Origin: Rhynchopus sp. YZ270_cl-10
Taxonomy: Eukaryota
Direction: 5' to 3'
Assembly (NCBI GenBank): GCA_964035575.1
Contig: OZ037834.1
Location: 1,116,001 to 1,180,000 of the forward strand
Length of the DNA stretch: 64,000 nt
The notes below the pieces were generated by a model. That model was given only the letters and a program-made list of their open reading frames with translations, was not told the DNA's origin and did no database searches. Made by a program: the position numbers and the translations under genes. Of the stretch, positions 1-10,534 are shown piece after piece. Position 1 is the first letter of the stretch. Each line of letters opens with the position of its first letter.

Positions 1-1210
1 TGAACCAGTCAAGGTCTTTGACAGGGAGCGACTGAACCTCATGTCCAAGATGGTGCACAACTCCAGCTGAAGCGTGCTTGACGGCAACTCTGGTGAACGC
101 GATACGGGGGAAGGCCTTCTTGAAAGTGATGCGGACGTTCTCTGCTGTCTTCTCCTGAATATTCTTGGCACGTCCGTACTGGCGGATGACGGTGGTGTCG
201 TCACGAACGTGGTACTCGACATATGCCTCAACAAGGTCCTCGCACACAACAGTGAAACGGACGACAACAACGTTGCTGCGCTTCTCCACCACTCTCTTGT
301 ACTGGTCCAGGCCATAGTCACGAGTGCTGTACTGCGTGTCGTCGACGGTGAACTCAAGAACGAACCCAGCAAATGAGTAAAGCACCTCCTCGTCACGTCC
401 GTCGTGGAAACGGTATCCAGTTGAGAGCTGGTTGCGGTTCAGGTTCCCGTAATGGTCCATGATTCCGTTGTGTGCACCAAAGGCTTCGTGGTCCTTGCTC
501 TTCAACTCAACCATGTTCATCGACTGTCTACGGAACATAAGACCCTCCTTGCTCATGTACATCATGAATTCAGCAACGTCGTGTGCCGACTTCTTGTACC
601 TTTCGTAAACACCGGGAACAGTGAACACCTCCAGAATCTTTGCGTTGTCGTCAATCCACCACCACCTGTCACCTCCCATGTCCTCCTCAGTCTCCTTCGA
701 TGCGTAGTGCTTACCTGTTTTCTGCATCAGCTTGTCCATGATGTGGTTCAGGTACGGCTGAACACGTTTGAAACTGATGCCCTTCGGCTTCGCGCGGGCC
801 TGGGCAGCCAGGGCAGCACAATCGGGGCACTTCTTGCTGGGACAGTCGTCGCAATCACACACCTTCTGAGGGCAGGTCTTCTCAGGGCAGGATCTCTCAG
901 GACAGCTCTTCTCCGGGCACGTGGGACAGATCTTGTCGGGGCAGTCCTTCTCAGGGCAGAACTTCTCAGGACAGAACTTCTCGGGACAGTCTCTCTCCTG
1001 GCACACGGGGCACTGGGGACAGTGGCATTCCTTCTGGACAGCGTCTGGGCAGGGTGATGGCACGTAGAAATGCTTTTCCACGACGCTTGGTGGTGAGCCC
1101 CCACCGTCTTTTGGTGAGTAGTCACTGGGAACCCTTTGGCTGACTAAGACGATGACTAGGGCTGCTGCCGATATCAACACCATTAAGCGTTGTGGTGAAA
1201 ACGGGCTCAT
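1..1210 (-). CDS. Paralog 1 of the uncharacterised WxxDDNAK family; type II membrane protein with a Cys-Pro stem; runs off the window start
   Basis: Not in the ORF track. Manual translation from ATG 1210 gives MSPFSPQRLMVLISAAALVIVLVS (TM), a (CPEKx)n stem, then DRWWWIDDNAKILEVFTVPGVYERY...GYRFHDGR...KDLDWF, colinear with the 4463..6721 protein. Confidence 0.9.
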   Translation of the reverse strand, partial: MSPFSPQRLMVLISAAALVIVLVSQRVPSDYSPKDGGGSPPSVVEKHFYVPSPCPDAVQKECHCPQCPVCQERDCPEKFCPEKFCPEKDCPDKICPTCPEKSCPERSCPEKTCPQKVCDCDDCPSKKCPDCAALAAQARAKPKGISFKRVQPYLNHIMDKLMQKTGKHYASKETEEDMGGDRWWWIDDNAKILEVFTVPGVYERYKKSAHDVAEFMMYMSKEGLMFRRQSMNMVELKSKDHEAFGAHNGIMDHYGNLNRNQLSTGYRFHDGRDEEVLYSFAGFVLEFTVDDTQYSTRDYGLDQYKRVVEKRSNVVVVRFTVVCEDLVEAYVEYHVRDDTTVIRQYGRAKNIQEKTAENVRITFKKAFPRIAFTRVAVKHASAGVVHHLGHEVQSLPVKDLDWF

Positions 1211-1997
1211 TGTAGAGCAGTCAGACTCAGTTGGTAATACAAAATCCTGTGTGGTGTGGTGTTGTCGAGAGTGGGGGGTTTGCAATGCGTTACTTCTCAG
1301 GTGATACCAAAAGATGTATTTGACTCCACAAACAGTTGACTCGAAATACAAAACCCTCACACGAATAGTACCAAAAAAAGAGGGGAAGAAGAAACAAAGA
1401 AATGTGTATCAGATTAATCTAAGCCTCTCGTGCATAGTCCGTGATCACAATCGTTTTCGCCCACATAAGGCTGTTGTCGGGGGTATGTCAAATCCCCAGA
1501 TGGGGGAAAATCGTGAAAGGTGTGGAAAACGGTTAAATGGGGGGTGGGGCGTATTTTATAATTACTTTTCTGGTTTTCTTTATACGCAACAGCGGGGGTG
1601 AGGGGTGGGCATTAGAAACCGGAAGTTGGGACGTTAAGTGAGACACTTCTTTTGAGAGGTACAAGGTCTTTTCCTGTTTGTGCCACGTGGCTTCTGCACA
1701 AAGTGTAAAAGAAAAAGAAAAATAGAAAACAGAGTTTTACAAATATACGAATCTGCAGGTGTTATCGGTTTATCGAGTGGGAAGGGTTGTGAGAAGTGTA
1801 TTTTGGTGTTACCAGACGTGCCCCCATCAACAAGTTAAAAGGAGAAAAGTCGCAAAAGCGAGTGTCTTTTTGCATCTAAATAGAAAAAGTAAAAAAAATG
1901 CGAAACTTGGAAGATAAATGTGTCGCTCATGTGAAGTATAATCACTAGTGAATGATCACCTCCACGCGAAAAATCAGGCTGCCTGACTTTGATTTAA

Positions 1998-3395
1998 CCC
2001 TTTACGGACCACGACCGATTTTTTCGATTTGCTAGGATCTTCTCTCCCGTAGGTAAAATGTGATCTGATGCATATTTTTGATCGTACCTGACCGCAATTG
2101 AAAGATTTTGAGCAGATCTTTCAAATGGAGCAGAAATCGAAATAAAATGAGAAAAATGGAAAATGGAAAATTGAGGAGAGCTGATATTTTTTTCTGAAAA
2201 TTTTGAAGAAAAAAATTATTCCGGCTGCGCACCTGTTTTTTCGGTTTTCGAAAATGGCTTTATTTGAAAGATCGGTTCAAAATCTTTCAAAAGAAAAAAA
2301 AATCGATCAAAAAGTCCTAGTAGATAATGTCTCACTGCATGAAGAGAAGGTACCAACCAACTACATATACCGTAATTGTACAGAGGTTGGACAGTACAAA
2401 AGTTGGGGCTTTTGGGACTTTTGGCCAACTTGGCATGGTGCTGAACAAAGGTGAACGCCGCATCCCACGCACATGTAATCTGTTTTCAGACGCCTGTTTC
2501 CCAAGCAAGAAGAAGTTGTCGACCAACACCCTCCTGCCAGTGTCTCTGTACCTTGACCGTGTTGATATAGATTTTGTACCCCTCCCTGTGGCTTTCCGTA
2601 CCCTCCCGCCGAAATTTCGAAGGGACCCTCCGAAAAAATTTTTTTTGGTCGGTCCAAAAACGGTCTAGATTGCCCCATGCGTGGCATTCCGGGCAATTTG
2701 AGGGCAATTTGGCGTGCAAGAGCCATGTGTGGGGCACCATGTGCCCCCATGCTGCACCCCTTATACAGGGTTTTTACAGGCAAAAAATGAAAAACGACAG
2801 TCGGGCACAAAAAGCCACGGATCGGGGCACAAAGTTACATCCCACCCTCCCTTGGCCCTCGGGACTCCTTTCGGGAGGTCAGGGCTTCCCTCGGGCCTTC
2901 GGCCCTCGGGGAGCCCTGACCTCCCTCAAGGGTCCCTCGGGCTTTGGCGGGAGGGAGGGAAATAACCATTCTGTACAATGTTCCTCAAAAGACAAAATGC
3001 AATAAATACACGGAGAAGAGGCACATCCAGTTCAGGGTCAGGAACTGCAACTACGCGTGTTACTTTGCCCAGTCGCGGGTATTTTCCATTATTTTAGTTT
3101 CGTTCTGAAGACCGTACAAAATGGTTCCCTGCACACCAAAGTTTGAATCCTCTGATGACTCAAGCGCGTCAGAATGGTACATATTCCCCAAAAAATGACC
3201 CAAAATACCCTATTATGTGATAATGCCGGGTGTGGATGAGAGGGGATGAGAGCGTCAAAAAAAATCGAATCTTGCGTCTTTTGAAAGATTTCGCACAAAA
3301 TCTTCTCATTAAAAAAAAAAATCTTCAAAAAGTCCTAGTGGAAGCCAATTTAGGTGGTTGCGTGGACATATATGTCCCCTCTGGTCCTTAAAGGG
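1998..3395 (-). mobile_element. Internally deleted (non-autonomous) piggyBac element
   Basis: TTAA at 1994-1997 and 3396-3399; TIRs CCCTTTACGGACCA / TGGTCCTTAAAGGG; minus-strand remnant RLKTDYMCVGCGVHLCSAPC (~2430-2500) resembles the piggyBac C-terminal cysteine-rich domain. Confidence 0.88.
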
Positions 3396-3642
3396 TTAAT
3401 GAATGGCAATTTGTAATTCAGCTTATATTTACAAGACAAAAACATAGTAGCTCTGACAGGTAAGTAAAAGGAAAAGAGGCTTTTTCGTTGATTGCTCAAT
3501 TACCCTGTTGCCTTTAAGCTACGCTTGTGGAAAAACCGCTTGTGGGTAAAGAAATAGTGGAGCTTGCACGGGTGGCAACTACTATTCCAACAATTTTTTT
3601 CAAAAACAAAAACAAAAACAAAAACAAAAACAAAAAAGGATT

Positions 3643-4290
3643 AGTTATTGATGCAGGCACCTCGACGACTGACCCACGTACGATGCCAGCCCCAGGATGA
3701 AAGCACAAGTACCCTGCAGCCAACAACAGAAGATGTAACAAAAAAAGAACCGAATGGCTTGCCCGTACCGTAGTGTGAACGGGGGCGGTACACAACCGCT
3801 CGTCGGCCGGCGGCCCACCTTCCGCTGAAGAGTTGTGAGCTTACAGGTACTCCCGTTCGCTGCACCCAACGCTTGGTGCACGATTGTCGAGACAAGAGAG
3901 CAGGGGGGGATCACAACATCTCTCTCTTGGCGTCCCATGCTGTACCGACAGTGGGGCCTCACCCTTTCTCTTAGGGATTTACATGGACGTCCTTACAGGC
4001 GGCACACCATAACCCCAAGGTGTGGCAGAGCAAGCTCTGGCCTGACTGTTGGTCGCTGTTTCATGCTCCGAGTGCAAACACCCTTCATAGCATGGGGAAG
4101 CCACTGGCCCAGCATTTATATACCCTAGCCAGGGTTTGACGTGCATTTAGGGGCAGGGATGTTTACCTCCCTGAGGACAAAACAGAATAGTCCCGCATAC
4201 CCCTCCGGCCTACGGGAGGAAATACAGACGACACTTCATCCCGTGAGTGTGGCAAGGCATTGACCACATCCCCTTGGTCTGACCACAACA
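3643..4290. repeat. Longest copy of dispersed family B, followed by a hairpin-rich extension
   Basis: GTTATTGATGCAGGCACC...CCAACAACAGAAGATGTAAC recurs at ~8003, 20882, 24913, 27953, 35845 and 58690; the extension carries two copies of a TACAGRC...GTGTGGCA motif. Confidence 0.7.
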
Positions 4291-4462
4291 AAAAAACACA
4301 ATATTTCTTTTGACATTGAAGCTTTGGTTGTGTAGACACCTCAGTTAAAACAAACTTCGTGCATGCATGCGTCCTGACTACAGGAGAAGGCACGAGCAAA
4401 TTAAAACTGGCGTTGATCCAAAAACAAAGAAGAAGAAGAAGATTGCCCCCAAAAACACGTAG

Positions 4463-6721
4463 CTAACTCTGAGCCTTGTTTGCGTCGCTCTGTAGCTCTG
4501 CAAGCTCGGTGTCATGGAACAGCTTGTAGTACAGCTCCTCATACGCACCGTGGTAGCCCAGCATGCACCACGGCTGTGTCTCTGAGTTCGTTTCGGGGCT
4601 GCTATACGACGTCGTGAACTCGTGGTACGGCATGCCGTTGTGGGAGCTGACCTTCCTCGAGTGTTCGATGAGGCCACGCATGTACTGGCGCAGTGTGGTG
4701 CCCTTCTCCTCCACCGCAGTTGGGATTTTGTCGCCGTCCGCAGCCGCCAGCTCCATGACGTGCAGTGCGCGCAGGATGAGCGACGCCTTGTAGTTCCACT
4801 GCATGCCGTCCTCACCCCTGGGGCTCGTCACCACGACTTCGAGCCTCACGTTCTGCCGCTCGTAGTCCGTTACAGAGGCACCGAGCTTGTACTCAATGCT
4901 CTCCACGGCACGTGCATATCTCTCGAGCACCACAGCCTTGGTCACCTTGTAGGGCAGCACGTCGTGTGTGGAAACGATGTAGGACAGTGCAAGCATGCCC
5001 GCACCGTGGCAGTCAAGGTAGTGCCCCCCGCCCAGCTCGCAGGTGATGAAGCCGCTATCCTGCTGGAAGGCAAGCAGACACTCAACAAGCACGTTGAGGA
5101 TGTGCACGAGGACATGCAACGTCTCCTTGTCGTGGCGGTTGATGAGCGCAAGCTTGATGACAGCAAGGATCGTCATCGAGTTCCCACGCTGGAAGACCTC
5201 TGCGTAGGTTTTGTCGACGCCCCCCTCCGGCGTGAGGATGAAGTTCTTGTAGTACGCCTCGAGGTGCAGGAGACACCATTTGTTGATCTCCTCAGACTTC
5301 TTCTCCTGCTCTTCATCAGATATGTCATACATCCTGTGCTTCAGGAAGTACGCATATGAGGACATGCTCGACAGCTCTGCACCGTAGTCGTAGGAGATCG
5401 AGAAGTCGGTCAGCTCCTTGCGCGACTCGATTGTCTTCAACAGGGTGTCATACGGCATCGTTTTGTACAGCCCTCCTGCAGTCAGCATACCCAAGTCTTC
5501 CACATTGAAAACTTCATTTTCCAAAAGCGTTTCCCTCCCGAACACCGTTGTGAAGGATTTGATGAGGGATCCTTCAGTTTGTAAGATAATTTCAGTGAGG
5601 GATTTGTCCTTAGCAATGTGGTGCCAACCGTAGGAGAAGCCCATCTTGCCCTGGACCGAGAAGCTGAACCACTCAATCTCCTTTGCGGGGACAACACCCT
5701 TCCCACCCTTGGCAGGTATGCACTTCACAGCCTTGCCTGCGTACTTCCGACAGAAGCGCGAATATGGCTGCTCGTCAAGGGCACGCTTTACACGCACGAC
5801 AACGTTTTGGAGGGGTTGCTTTTGGATGTTGCGCACGTCAACGTAGGTGTAGGCAACCACAGTGTCCGCACGCATCACAAAGCGCCACTCAACCTCCGCT
5901 TTGCCTGCAATCTGCATCACCGCCTTCACAACCACCTGCCCGTCGGTCTCGTCTATTGTTTTGTCCATCCCGTTAAAATCGACAGGGGAGCGGTACGTCT
6001 CACCATCGCAGGTGAAGGACACCTCGAAGCCTGCGGTGTGCGTCGCAGGTGTGCCTCTCCCGTCGTGGAAGCGATACCCCTGACGCACGACCAGGGCGTT
6101 TGCGTTGCCGAAGTAGTCCATAACACCGTTGCTGATGGAGAAGTCGGTCATGTTTTTGCTTTTGATGCCGACCTTATTCTGCGACTTCCTGCGGAGGAAG
6201 AGCCCGTCACGACTCATGTCCAAGATGAAGTCCACCATGCTGTCTGTTGTTTCTTTGTACTCTTCATAGACTCCAGGCATGATGAAGACCTCCATCGACT
6301 TTGCGTTGTCGTCGATCCAGAACCACCTGTCGCCGAGAATGTCTTCCTCTGTCTCGCGTGCTGCTATTTGCGAACCTATTTTGGCAACGAGGCGGTCGCG
6401 TATGAAATTCACGCCTGGGAGGGTTCTGTTGAAGCTTGCTTGGTGTATGCGTCTCTTCCTTGCGTCCGGCATGCTTTTTTGATGTGTCTTCTGGGTTGCT
6501 GGCTGCTCTGACGGCACAGTGCTTGCTGGCACGACAACCGGCAGGTCCGTAGCAGGCAGGTCAGTAGGAGGGCTAACAGACGCAACCTCAACCCACGCCG
6601 TCGTCCTGATTGTGCGCGCCCTCCACTGCCTCCTCGTCCCAGGTCTATCCACAGTCAACACAAACACCAGCAACACCATGCTCGCAACCATCACCAACAG
6701 CACATTCCGAGAGGTTAACAT
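4463..6721 (-). CDS. Paralog 2 of the WxxDDNAK family (752 aa), type II membrane protein, possible glycan-active enzyme
   Basis: Long ORF; N-terminal TM and Pro/Thr stem; motifs WFWIDDNAK, DFSISYDYG, YLDCHGAGMLAL and TNSETQPW align with the neighbouring paralogs. Function is inference only. Confidence 0.9.
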   Translation of the reverse strand: MLTSRNVLLVMVASMVLLVFVLTVDRPGTRRQWRARTIRTTAWVEVASVSPPTDLPATDLPVVVPASTVPSEQPATQKTHQKSMPDARKRRIHQASFNRTLPGVNFIRDRLVAKIGSQIAARETEEDILGDRWFWIDDNAKSMEVFIMPGVYEEYKETTDSMVDFILDMSRDGLFLRRKSQNKVGIKSKNMTDFSISNGVMDYFGNANALVVRQGYRFHDGRGTPATHTAGFEVSFTCDGETYRSPVDFNGMDKTIDETDGQVVVKAVMQIAGKAEVEWRFVMRADTVVAYTYVDVRNIQKQPLQNVVVRVKRALDEQPYSRFCRKYAGKAVKCIPAKGGKGVVPAKEIEWFSFSVQGKMGFSYGWHHIAKDKSLTEIILQTEGSLIKSFTTVFGRETLLENEVFNVEDLGMLTAGGLYKTMPYDTLLKTIESRKELTDFSISYDYGAELSSMSSYAYFLKHRMYDISDEEQEKKSEEINKWCLLHLEAYYKNFILTPEGGVDKTYAEVFQRGNSMTILAVIKLALINRHDKETLHVLVHILNVLVECLLAFQQDSGFITCELGGGHYLDCHGAGMLALSYIVSTHDVLPYKVTKAVVLERYARAVESIEYKLGASVTDYERQNVRLEVVVTSPRGEDGMQWNYKASLILRALHVMELAAADGDKIPTAVEEKGTTLRQYMRGLIEHSRKVSSHNGMPYHEFTTSYSSPETNSETQPWCMLGYHGAYEELYYKLFHDTELAELQSDANKAQS

Positions 6722-7169
6722 TTTTTTTTTTTTTTGTGTAATATCTGTGAATCGATAATGGAAAATGAGGGTGAAAGGAGGAGGGGTAAATAAAGGAAGC
6801 CACAGCGTGGACGTGACAGATGAAAGTTCCTGGAAGGGGAGAACATCAGATCCGAGAAGAGATTTCCAGGAACCTCCAGCACCATATCAACACGCTGAAG
6901 GCGGGTTTACAGGTTTGTGGAAGCGTACCATGCAAACTGTCAAGCGGAACGGGAAAAAAAAGTATTCAAAGCTCGAAATTTCCCTCATATTTTTCATTGG
7001 TGCACTTTTCCCAAGGTACAATCCCCACCAAAAAAAAGAAAAAAGGAAAAGAAGCTCGCCCTCCAAAAATAGGCGAGTTTGGGGGAGCAGGCAAGTTTTT
7101 TCATTCACCCGCACAGTATGCCTAAGGCGGGGAGATGGCCCGAAAGCAGACCCACGCTCCACTACTTGA

Positions 7170-7740
7170 CATCTGTTTAGATCTTGTGGTGTAAAATTGG
7201 GTAATCTATGATCGTCTCCGTGAGACACACAACAGGCATGAGAACTTGTGAGAGCCTGTGAGACGCTACTGAGAGCTAGTAAAAACATCACCCCCGTTCA
7301 TAGATCAAAATTGCTTTGTACACACAGATCATATTGAATAGATGGGTGTGCACGCGCACACGCCTCCTGACACAAAAATACACAAAATCGAAGCCTGCTG
7401 GGTAAAAGAAGCTACGGAAATTGGGAAAGGTGAATTAGATAACGCGCAGACACCTCAAAAGGCGAGGTTCTCCAGGCACGTTTTGCGCGTGAGGAAATGC
7501 GCTGCTGCGCACACACACACAATACACAACACACAATACCCTACTGCAGGCAATGTTCCGCTCTCAGAACTTGCCCACAACCACAAGCTGCTTTTTCAAA
7601 CATACACACACACACACACACACACAATTGGGGCAATATTCTGCGCAAGAATTACCCCCTTTTAGTTATCAAACACACCCATGGACTATATTCCGACTGT
7701 GTTAGTGATAACCCACACCTGTTCTCAAACACACAACACA
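7170..7740. repeat. (CA)n-associated interspersed elements
   Basis: Blocks end in CA runs. GGGCAATATTCTGCGCAAGAATTACCCC (7630) and GATAACCCACACCTGTTCTCAAAC (7707) recur at 56925-57000; the first also occurs inverted at ~48895 and ~56552. Confidence 0.6.
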
Positions 7741-8317
7741 CAGCGGAAGTGAAAGTTGATCGACAGTGCAAACCGCCACGAAAAATGATATCAGCCCCCA
7801 CCTCCCAAAGGGCCACGTGGGTGTGGCCCTACGAGAGCGAAATACAAACTAATTTACAGTCGAAAAAGAATTTTGACTTGAACAAACGAAGAATTTATGT
7901 ATCTCTTTCGAGCAAAAAGAAAAGAAAAAATACATTCATATACTTACTATTTATAACACAAACAGTAAGCAGAAAAAAGAAAAAACACACAAAAAAAAAA
8001 TGGTTATCGATGCAGGCACCTCCGACTGACCCACGTACGATGCCAGCCATCCGGATGAAAGCAGTACCCCTGCGGCCTACAACAGAAGGTGACACAAGAA
8101 AACGGAAACCTAATGGCTTACCCCCCAAAATAAAATACCCCCGTGTCTTCTGTTTGTTGATCGCATCAATGCAAAAAAAAGGGGGGAAAAGCAATGTGTC
8201 ACATGACTGCTCAGGCGTTGCAGCCATTTTTCTTCCAATACTGACACTTTTTTTTTTTCGTGAATACTTTACAGTTCCTCCCCCCCTTTCCCCCCATATC
8301 CTTTTTTCTCCTACCCA

Positions 8318-10534
8318 CTATGCCGCCCGCCTCTTCGCTTTGATCTCTTCGTCGTGAAGAAGTTTATAATAAAGATCTTCGTAGGCGCCATAGTAGCCTA
8401 GCATACAGCTTGGGTGTGAAGCGGAGCTTGTACGGTCGGAGGTGGTGGCGATGAACTCTTCTTGCGAGTTGGTGTTGATTGTTGCGTTGGTTCTGCGCTT
8501 GGAGACTTGCAACATGCTGCGTATGTAGTGTTTAAGCTTGAGGGAGTGTTCTTCTGCTCCTTCGTCGAGGTGCACGCCGTCGACAGAACTGATGTCCATG
8601 ATGTGCATCGCACGCAAGAAGAGTGATGCTTCCGCAGGCCACAGCAGATGGTGTTCCTCAGAGGCGTCTGTGATGATGACTTCGAGCTGTGCCTTCTCGC
8701 GTCCGTCGATCAGCTGTGCAGTCAGTTTGTAGCGTACTCCGTGCACCGCGCGGGAGTATGCGGCCATCACATCCGCTCGGGATACTTCGTAAGGCAGCAG
8801 CTCGTATGTGGCGGAGATGTACGCCAAGGCAAGCATGCCGGCACCGTGGCACTCAAGGAAGGGTTCGCCTTCGTCGCATGGGAACACCCCGTCTGACTGT
8901 TGGAAGCTCATGAGGCAGCCGGTCAAGTCGTTCAAGGTGCGTACCACCTGTGGGTGGGAGCTGCGCTCAGGGCTCGCCCGAATGGAGGTCAGAATCGCGA
9001 GTTTGATGCTGGCAACGATGGCGAGCGCATCGCCCCGTTGTGTACCAACCCCGCAGTCGCCTCTGCCCTGGAAGTTGAGGTAGTTCGTTGCGTATGTCGA
9101 GAGGTGCATGATGCCCCACTTCAGAAGCTTCGCTCCGCGTGTGTCCTGTTCAATGTGAGACTGTGTATACTGCCGCCGTGTGGAGAGGTACGCAAACGAG
9201 GCCATGGTGTTGAGTACCACACCATAGTCCCTGGAGGTGGAGAAGTCTGTCGGTGCGCTGCGTTCCTCGACGTTCTGCAGCAGCTGTGCGTACGGCATCG
9301 TCTTGTAGAGGCCACCCTGCGTCAGGACACCCAGGTCCACAATGCTGAAGGCCTTGCCACGCACCACCTCAGCCCGCGTGAAGATCGTTCTGAATGAGAT
9401 AGCGCGCCCGCTGTGCAGTTCCAAGAGGACACGGTGCATGCTGGGGTCCTTGACAACGTGCAGCCAGGCGTCTTTGGTTGCATCGCTGAAGGTGAACCAC
9501 TCAAGGTCGTCCGTACCAAAGACCTTCTCTGTCTCGCCTCTGTTCGCGTGCGGTGCGCAGACCACATCCTTCCCTTTGTGTTTCTTGCAGAGACGCTCGT
9601 AGTCGTGTTCATCGATGATGCGTTTGACACGCACCTCGACGTCGGTCAAAGGTTTGCCCTCCTGCAGCGCACGCACATCGACATAGGTGTATGACAGCAC
9701 GCTCTGCGGGCTGATCACATACCGCCACTCCACCTCCGCCAGCTTCGCGATGCGCCCCACAGCACGCACCACCACATTACCGTTCTCCTCTGTCACAGTC
9801 TTTTTGTACGTTTTGAACGTTTCCGTCTGTTTGTTGTGCCGCTCCCCCTCACATGTAAACGCCACATCGAAGCCGTGTGTATGCGTCCCCGTTGCAACAC
9901 GCCCCTTGTGGTAGCGCAGTCCATGGCGGATTTCAAGGTTGCTCACATTGCCGTAGTAGTCCATAAGCTCTGTTTGCACCTCAAGGCTTTCGTGGCGTGG
10001 GTCGACGAGGGTGACACGGCTTGCAGCCTGCCGCCGCAGGAAGACACCATCCCTGCTCATATCGAGGATGAAGTCCAACACTTTGTCCGCCATCGCGGTG
10101 TACCGTTCGTAGACTCCAGGCATGATGAGAACCTCCAACACCTTTGCGTTGTCGTCGATCCAGTACCAGCTGTCAGTTTCCCCTAGGATTGTTCCGACAG
10201 GGTGTTCGCGGATCGCGTGCACCGTGCCTGAGGTAGTGAAGAGCTTTTCCTTGATGAAGTTCACTGCCGGGAAGGTGCTGTTGAAGCTTATAGAGGCCGC
10301 CTTGCGGGACCGACCTAGGGCATACGGTTCGCGGTTTGTCATCACCTCTTCGTGAGCCTCCTCTGGGTCCTCACCCATACCCTCCGTGACGCCACCCTGG
10401 CCATTCTGCAGCGCACTCAACGGTGTGTAGTACAGATTCGCCACAGTACCCGCCAGCAGCAGCAGCGCCATGACACGCTTTGCATCGAGAAATGACCCAC
10501 GTGAGGCCTCCCGATGTGAGTGCGGAATGGGCAT
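8318..10534 (-). CDS. Paralog 3 of the WxxDDNAK family (about 738 aa)
   Basis: Likely start MPIPHS at 10534; TM segment VMALLLLAGTVANLYY; WYWIDDNAK, DFSTSRDYG and FLECHGAGMLAL align with paralog 2. Confidence 0.9.
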   Translation of the reverse strand: MPIPHSHREASRGSFLDAKRVMALLLLAGTVANLYYTPLSALQNGQGGVTEGMGEDPEEAHEEVMTNREPYALGRSRKAASISFNSTFPAVNFIKEKLFTTSGTVHAIREHPVGTILGETDSWYWIDDNAKVLEVLIMPGVYERYTAMADKVLDFILDMSRDGVFLRRQAASRVTLVDPRHESLEVQTELMDYYGNVSNLEIRHGLRYHKGRVATGTHTHGFDVAFTCEGERHNKQTETFKTYKKTVTEENGNVVVRAVGRIAKLAEVEWRYVISPQSVLSYTYVDVRALQEGKPLTDVEVRVKRIIDEHDYERLCKKHKGKDVVCAPHANRGETEKVFGTDDLEWFTFSDATKDAWLHVVKDPSMHRVLLELHSGRAISFRTIFTRAEVVRGKAFSIVDLGVLTQGGLYKTMPYAQLLQNVEERSAPTDFSTSRDYGVVLNTMASFAYLSTRRQYTQSHIEQDTRGAKLLKWGIMHLSTYATNYLNFQGRGDCGVGTQRGDALAIVASIKLAILTSIRASPERSSHPQVVRTLNDLTGCLMSFQQSDGVFPCDEGEPFLECHGAGMLALAYISATYELLPYEVSRADVMAAYSRAVHGVRYKLTAQLIDGREKAQLEVIITDASEEHHLLWPAEASLFLRAMHIMDISSVDGVHLDEGAEEHSLKLKHYIRSMLQVSKRRTNATINTNSQEEFIATTSDRTSSASHPSCMLGYYGAYEDLYYKLLHDEEIKAKRRAA

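Noticed and set aside
3457..3467. ACTTACCTG on the minus strand, like the U1 snRNA 5' end
   Set aside because: No U1 stem-loops recognisable downstream; it is part of a dispersed repeat whose second copy differs here.
3820..4200. Hammerhead ribozyme cores (CTGAAGA, CTGAGGA) and a group II domain V look-alike (GTATGCGGG)
   Set aside because: No properly placed GAAA or stem III, and no complementary domain V 3' strand.
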